Source: Piromyces finnis finn
Taxonomy: Eukaryota; Fungi; Neocallimastigomycota
Assembly: GCA_002104945.1 (NCBI GenBank)
Contig: MCFH01000047.1
Span: 124,001-188,000, forward strand
DNA: 64,000 nucleotides
Direction: 5' to 3'
Shown here: in pieces, positions 56,983 through 64,000 of the stretch
How positions within the stretch are numbered: the first letter of the stretch is position 1
How the letters are laid out: every line of letters begins with the position of its first letter
The notes under the pieces: generated by a model
Database searches by the model: none
Told to the model about the DNA's origin: nothing
Seen by the model: the letters and a program-made list of their open reading frames with translations, nothing else
Position numbers and translations under genes: made by a program

Positions 56983-59900
56983 CGTTGATTTTTTTTTTTT
57001 TTTTTTAATATTTTTTTGTTTTTGGATATATAAAAATATTGACTTTATAATTCTGTTTAAAAACAAATGTTAAAAAATATTTAATATAAGTGACTTTTTA
57101 CAAAAGTTTTCAACTATTATTATTTTTAATGTTTACTAATTTTTAATTAAATTAAAAAAGCAACTTACAATTAAAGAATTTGAAAAGAAATAGTTTTTAT
57201 TTTTTCACAGAAAAAAGGTATTACTATCTCTTTTTATTTAATTACAAGATTCCTGATATATTATTTAATTATATTCAATAAAAAAATAATAATACATTAG
57301 CAATAGGGTCGCTTTTTCCAAAATATTATATTTATTATTTTGTTTTAGATAAAAGGTTATATTATATTGTATTTCTGAACACTTTTTTTTTAAAAAAAAA
57401 AAATAATAAAATATCACTTTTATATTTATAACTAAATCTTTAATTATTTTGCTTATCCTCTTACTTTAATATTTATTACGTTTATATATATATTATAAAT
57501 TTATATTAATCTATAATATAATTTATAATTTATCTTTTTCTTGATTTTTTTAATAAAAAAAAATTATATTTGATGTTAATTTTTTAATCTTTATGAAATT
57601 AAAAATTTTCAAAGATTATAATAATGGTTATTTTTTTTTTATTTTTTTTAAAAAAAAACCTTTTGTTATATTTTTTAAAAATCCTTTTAATTTATGTATT
57701 ATTTTTTCAATATATATATTTTTTTTCTTTTTTTTATAATAATATTCTATATAGTTTATAGAGTATGATTATTATTAAATAAATATTTTTCACAAATAAT
57801 GGTATAAATATTTTAAATTATAAATTAAAAAACTAAAACATTTTCTAAAGTCTTAAAAATTATTGATTATAAAAGTTTATACTATTTAAAAAAAGAATAA
57901 ACTAAAAAGAATAAATAGATATAATAAAAAGAAAAAAAATAAATTAAATTACTATAGAATATAGTATTTATAATTGAAGAAAATGAATACTTTAAAGTGT
58001 ATTGATGAATGCGCAAATGGTAAGGGAGGGTGTACTTTATAAAAGGATATATAAAAAATATAAAAAAAAAAAAAAATTTAAAAAAAAAAAAGATATTTTT
58101 TATTATATATAAATATAAATTTTTTTTTTTATTATTTTATTACCTAATTATTTTTTTTTTATAGATTAAATTTTTATCCATATGTTAGGTGATTTTTAAA
58201 ATAATAATAAATAAAGTTTATTATAGAATAAGAAATTATATATTAGAATAGGAACTATTATTATTATTTTTTTTTGTTTTTTTTCTGTGTTTTGAATATA
58301 CAAATAATATATGAAATATATGAAAGATAAAAGATTAATATTAATTATTATATAAGAGTGATATATAAGAATATAATAATAATTTATATAAAAATATTAT
58401 ATAATATATATTTATAATAATAATAATAATAATTAATTTCATCATTATATATTATTTAGTTATAATTAAAGATAGACTACTATAATACTTTAACTAGTAT
58501 TATATATAGAATAGTATTATGCTATTTTTACACTCATTATACTAGCGATGCATATAACTATTTTTTACACCCGCCGTACACTCCCTTTACATTACTTTTA
58601 TGAGTTGAACTCTTTTTCTTAATAACAAAATGCTTCTTCTTATTTATTACCAACCAAAAAAAGGTAAAAGGACGCTGTTCTTTAGGAATTAATATATAAA
58701 ATGCATATTTAAATTGAATATAAACAAATTTATACTATTTAATATATTTATAGATATATTCAATTTTATTTGTAAATATTAATACATATATTAAATATTA
58801 CAAATTAATTTAGTAAAAAAATATTAATTTAAATTATATTGGTCTTTTAATATATAGAGTTTAAAATAGGATAAATAAATGACACATATATTTAATATAT
58901 TATAAATATTTATTTAATATATTAATATAAATTCTATATTATTTCATATATAATAATATAAATAAAATAGTTTGATATTCATTTTATGGCATATATTAAT
59001 ATTACTATAATATATTATTATTTTAATTAATTATTAAATTAATAAAACATTCATAGTATTAAAGCTGGGAAGCCTTTAGCCCAACATACATCAAAAAGTA
59101 AAGCACGCACCATAAAAATCAAATGTACATCCTACTCTTTTTTTTTAAAATGACAACAACTGAAAAATAGTTTCAATAGCATTCATTAATATAAATTGCA
59201 ATGAGTAAATGACACCACAATGTTATTTTCTGTGAAAATAAAAAAGATAAGATAAATTTGTAATAAAAAATTGACTTAAATAGATTATATTAATAATATA
59301 TGACATAGTTTTTTATTCTATTATTATATATATTATATATTAAAAAAAAAATGTTTCTTCTTCCTAATATTAATTTATAATAAATTTATAATAAATAATA
59401 ATATATATTATTTTCAATTAAAGAAATGATTAATTAAATTATTTTTCCATAAATATAGCGCTATACCTTCTATAATATTAAATTTATATTAATTAAAGTT
59501 TATTTTGTATTACCAAATTTTTAAAAAACAATTAAGCGCTTTATATTAATTTTTTTTTCTATCCTTCTATTCTGAAAAGGTTTAAGCAGTGAGGTGAGAG
59601 GGAAGGGAAAAGGAAAATACCTAGGTAAAATGAAAAAGTTAAGATAAAAGAATAGACTATATTAATTTTTTTTAATACAGCAACAATGATAGGAAAAAAA
59701 CCTATGAAAGGTACTTTTATACAGTTTCATTGAAATAATGTAATCCTATCGATTTAAAAAAGTTAATTTGAATAACTATAATACTTCATCTATGAACTTT
59801 GGTAGTATCCCATCTATGCATAGAAATACCATGTCATCTTACATATTTTATGATTGATTAATCACCATATTATTTATATTGGTATGTTTATTAGAATTAG

Positions 59901-62519
59901 CACACTTAAAAAATTAGCTGATATAAAAATACTTTTAATAGAAATAGTTTAATAAACAATATTTATTTTTTATAATTTTTAAAATGGTTTTGCATTATAA
60001 ATTAATATATTAATGCAGTGAATCATCCTATAATATATAAACATTTTTAAACATTATCTATTTCATTACAAAAAAAAAAAGTTGATTTTTAATATAAGAG
60101 GACAATTTATTCTATCTTTTTATTATTGTTGGTTATGTATAAAGAAAAAGAAAAGTAAAATACAATTTAAACCCATCATTTATCGCTTATAAAAAAACAC
60201 TTTGTTTCCTTTAGACTATCGCTTATAAAAAAAATGAGTACAAGGGTGTAAAATACATTTATTACTATTATTAAAAAAAAAAAAAAGATAATTTTCCTAT
60301 AAAAATAAAAGTTATAACCAATCGTCTTCAAGTTTCGGTAATACAAATTTTTTTTCAAATGCCTAACAACAAAATGAACCAATAAACATTTTGTGATCCA
60401 TTAAACATTTTGTTAAAAAAAATAAAAAATTTTCAAACAATAGTAGGTAAGCGGAGAGATTAAAATGTAAGCATTTCTCCTATCCCTCCTGGTAAATAAC
60501 ATAAAAAAAAAAAACTAGAAATAGTAATATTAATTTTTTAATAAAAAAAAAAAAAAGAAAATAGGCTTTGAAAATGTATTATGTATAAAAACTCTTTAAA
60601 ACAGTATAATCTATAAATTTATATTTAATTTGGCTTTATTTTCTTTTCACTCAAAATAAAAAAAAGCATTAAAATGATCATGTGAATTAAAGATTTAAAT
60701 ATATTTATTTATGCTAAATTTACATTGATTTACATCTAACATGGGCATGAATAAAAATTAAATACATTCACAATAAACAAATTACGTTCTTTATTATGAA
60801 TGTATTTATTATTAATGTTATTGTTGTTATTATTAATGTTGTTGTTGTTGTTGTTATTAATGTTGTTGTTGTTATTAATATAAGTATTATATTAAGATGA
60901 TAGTGACGATTACTAAATTTTAAAAAAAATACTATTACTATTTATATCACCGTTATCATATTTTATCATTATTTTTTCATGTTAATTAGGACTAATAAAT
61001 ATTTTATTATTTTTGACATGATGATTATGCTTAATGATTCATTATTTTATCTATATTAAAAGAATTAGTGGAGAATTTTGTAGTTTGCTAAATTCAAAAA
61101 AGTAAAAATTTGAAATTTTATTAAAAAAGAAAAAAGTTTATTAAATATTAAATTGAATTTTTTATTAAACCTTAAAAATTATTAAATTTTAATAAATACA
61201 TTATGTATACATAAATTTTGATAGATTAATTTTACTAAAAAAATTGGTGACAAAACTGATTTAGAGTGCCCGTCCTTTTTAGGAATACGAACATACGGAC
61301 ATAGGAAGAAATGATAAATAAAAAAATAATTAAAATTACCTTTTTTATATATAAAGAAAGATTCTTTTATCTCAAATTTAAAAACACTTTTAAATTTAAT
61401 ATAATAATAATAAAACTAGTCTATTCAATTTCTTGTAAATTCAAATGTTAAAATAATATCTCTTCCCTTTTTTTAAAAAAAAAATATATATGAATTTGTC
61501 TTTTTATAGTAAAAAAAAAAGACCTTTATAAATATATATATTTTTTTTTTTTTGATTAATATAATGTATTTTATTAATTGGATTAAAGATAGGTATTACA
61601 GGAAATGTTCCAAGAAGATAAATTTCCTTCTTTTCCCTATCTATCTATACCTATCCTTTAATAACAAATATATTACAATACTTTTGAAAGTTATATATCT
61701 TTATTTAAAAAAAATTATATTTATCAAGATCCATTATATATAAACTTTCAGTAAAGTCTAGGATATTAATCGAGATATTGAGTGTGGAAAAAATTTCTAT
61801 ATTGGTATAGATGTATATAAAAACAAAATGGTATAGTGATAAATAATGTTTGTGATACTTTAAATATTATGTAAAAGAAGACAAATATAAGAAAATACCT
61901 TTTTTTTTTTTTTTTTCATTCATTAAATGTTACAACTTTTCTATTTATTAATTTATTTTTTAATTAATAAAACTTTCAATATATATAATTATTTCACAAA
62001 GTCAATTAAAAATACAAATAAATAAAGTATTAAAATAAAAAAAAAGCATTATGGAAGAAAATATTAAAAAAAAAAACTAGAAATACAATGTTTTGATAAT
62101 AAAAAATATTATGTATTATATTATAATTTATAATTGCAAAGTTTTTAAAAGTATTTAAATACAACTAGGTATATTATTGAAGATAGAGTATGGTATATTA
62201 TTAAATGGTTTAATAAAATAGGATATTGTGCTAACAATTATATAGTATTGAAAAAGAAAAAAACAATTCTTTTGCAGAAACTATTTAATATGTTTTATAC
62301 TTAATAGGATAAGATGGTTAAAATATAAAAAAGTTTGGTTGGAATTTATAATGTAAGTAAATGGAAATTATTATTTATTATTTGTATTATTTTAAAAAAA
62401 ATAATTTGTATTAATGTAAGAAAAAATACCATAAAAAGTCATCTAAAAAGTTTTAAATTTTGTTACAACAGCATTATCTATTATAAGGAGTAGAAATTAA
62501 TAGTTATATATCAATGATA

Positions 62520-62893
62520 TGTTGATGATGTTCCATTATGAATGGGTAGTCGTTCCAGTTTCTACCCTGGTTGTTAAGACGTTTCTTTAACATAAGGCTT
62601 CTGATTCACCGTATATCTATAGTGATTTTATCCACTAGTATTGCCCATGGATTAGGGTATATTCACAGGTAAGTATTGTTTGTTTCACCCCAATAGGGCA
62701 CCTGAGAGAGGGTTGATATATCTGTGGGAGGATGAGGATGCTGAATAGTATATGGTCTTAAAGGAGGAACTGTTAAGGACTCGTCTCTGCTAGGCTTTTA
62801 ACCTCGTCTTAGGGTATTGTGAGCTCCGACGCTGAAACCGGTATGGCAAAAGAACACAAAGTTGTGTTCTGTACACTATTATGTAAAAACACA
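62520..62893. mobile_element. Solo LTR (374 bp) with TG...CA ends and a 5-bp target-site duplication
   Basis: A GC-enriched island in AT desert that begins TGTTG at 62520 and ends ACACA at 62893, flanked on both sides by TGATA (62515-62519, 62894-62898). Confidence 0.75.
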
Positions 62894-64000
62894 TGATAAA
62901 ATTATGAGTGGGTACAGCAATGTACAATTATATACATTATAATATACATTCAATAAAAGGTTAGATTATTGTCATTTCAAATATTATATTATTTCTATAA
63001 TATATTAATTTTGTTTACATTCCTATTTTTATCATTTTTTCATTATTTTTTGAGAAAAAAGTACACTCCATCCTACCATTAAATATATTAAAAAAAATTA
63101 ATAATTAAAATATGAAAATATAATCATAATATATTATTAGTATTAAAATCAATTTAAAATTTAATATTACAAATAAATATAAAGACGAAACAAGATAAAA
63201 AAAAAAAAAGAACTATTTTCTTTGGTTTTTTTTTATAATAAAAGAAAAAAAAAAAAAGTATCGTTTTTATTATTTAAAATTTCGAAATATAAATTTTTTA
63301 CTTTATAATTTCAAAGTTTAGATTTCTTTTTTTTTTTATAAGAAAAAAGAAAGCAAGAAATAAAAATATATAAAGTATTTAGATATATACACATAAATAA
63401 TATTTAAAATCACAAGTAATATTAAACATTTATTTTATTATTTAAAAAAAAAAAATAAATTGAAATATATAATTTGATAAACAATACATTTATTAAAAAA
63501 AAATTGGTAATAATCTAAAATTATTTAAAAGAGTAAAATAATAAATTTTTAGTAAAATAAAAAATATTGTTAATGCTATTTTAAATTTGAAAAATAAACA
63601 AATAATATAAAGATATAAAAAAAAGAATTATAATAATTTTTCTCCGAAAAATAAAAAAATATTCATTAGGAATAATATCTATTAAATAAAAGTAAAACAA
63701 AACAAAACAAAACAAAAACAAGATAAATAAAGACAAAACAAAAAACAAAAATAAGATAAATAAAAACAATATACTTTGTGTTAAAAAACTTTTCATATAA
63801 TATTAAAAAAAATATGTACTTAAATTTTAATAAGAAATTCTTATATAAAAACTATAAAGATATAATATGATATATTAAATATTTAAATTTTTACATCAAA
63901 AAAGTATTATTTTATTGTTTTCAAAAGAACAATTTAGCTGTTCATTAAAAGAAATTGATTATTTTCATTTATAAAAAATTAATTTAATCTTTATGATATC

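Noticed and set aside
62660-62680. Reverse complement of the U1 snRNA 5-prime end (ATACTTACCTG), plus CCTGAGAGAG/TGGGA resembling RNase P or MRP conserved regions and a TGATGA..CTGA C/D-box pair
   Set aside because: No Sm site, no U1 stem-loops and no convincing P4 or CR-V elements. The TG..CA ends with a TSD explain the island better as a solo LTR. An Infernal/Rfam scan would settle it.

Overview
Extremely AT-rich eukaryotic DNA, almost certainly an anaerobic gut fungus (Neocallimastigomycota), judged from the fungal dockerins, GH11-CBM1 xylanase, presequence-bearing pyruvate formate-lyase (PFL) and short AT-rich GT-AG introns. Genes in order: PFL copy 1 (+), Sfp1-like zinc-finger factor, large Asn-rich ankyrin protein, intronless NfsA/NfrA-type nitroreductase, PFL copies 2 (-) and 3 (+), four near-identical GH11-CBM1 xylanases (-,+,-,+), a non-catalytic 3x dockerin + 6x CBM29-like protein, a doubly membrane-anchored type-B carboxylesterase, a 4-exon CAMK/Snf1-like kinase and a 374-bp solo LTR. 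The dominant feature is architecture: about 20 kb (24.4-44.7 kb) is built from spacer-containing palindromes. PFL2/PFL3 form a head-to-head inverted repeat (3.06-kb arms, 1.21-kb spacer). About 0.7 kb further on, the xylanases form a palindrome of palindromes with spacers of about 1.18, 1.36 and 1.20 kb. Sharp identity boundaries, decayed older homology beyond them and mosaic polymorphisms suggest dosage amplification maintained by arm-to-arm gene conversion. All alignments were done by eye, and long-read confirmation is needed to exclude assembly artefacts.
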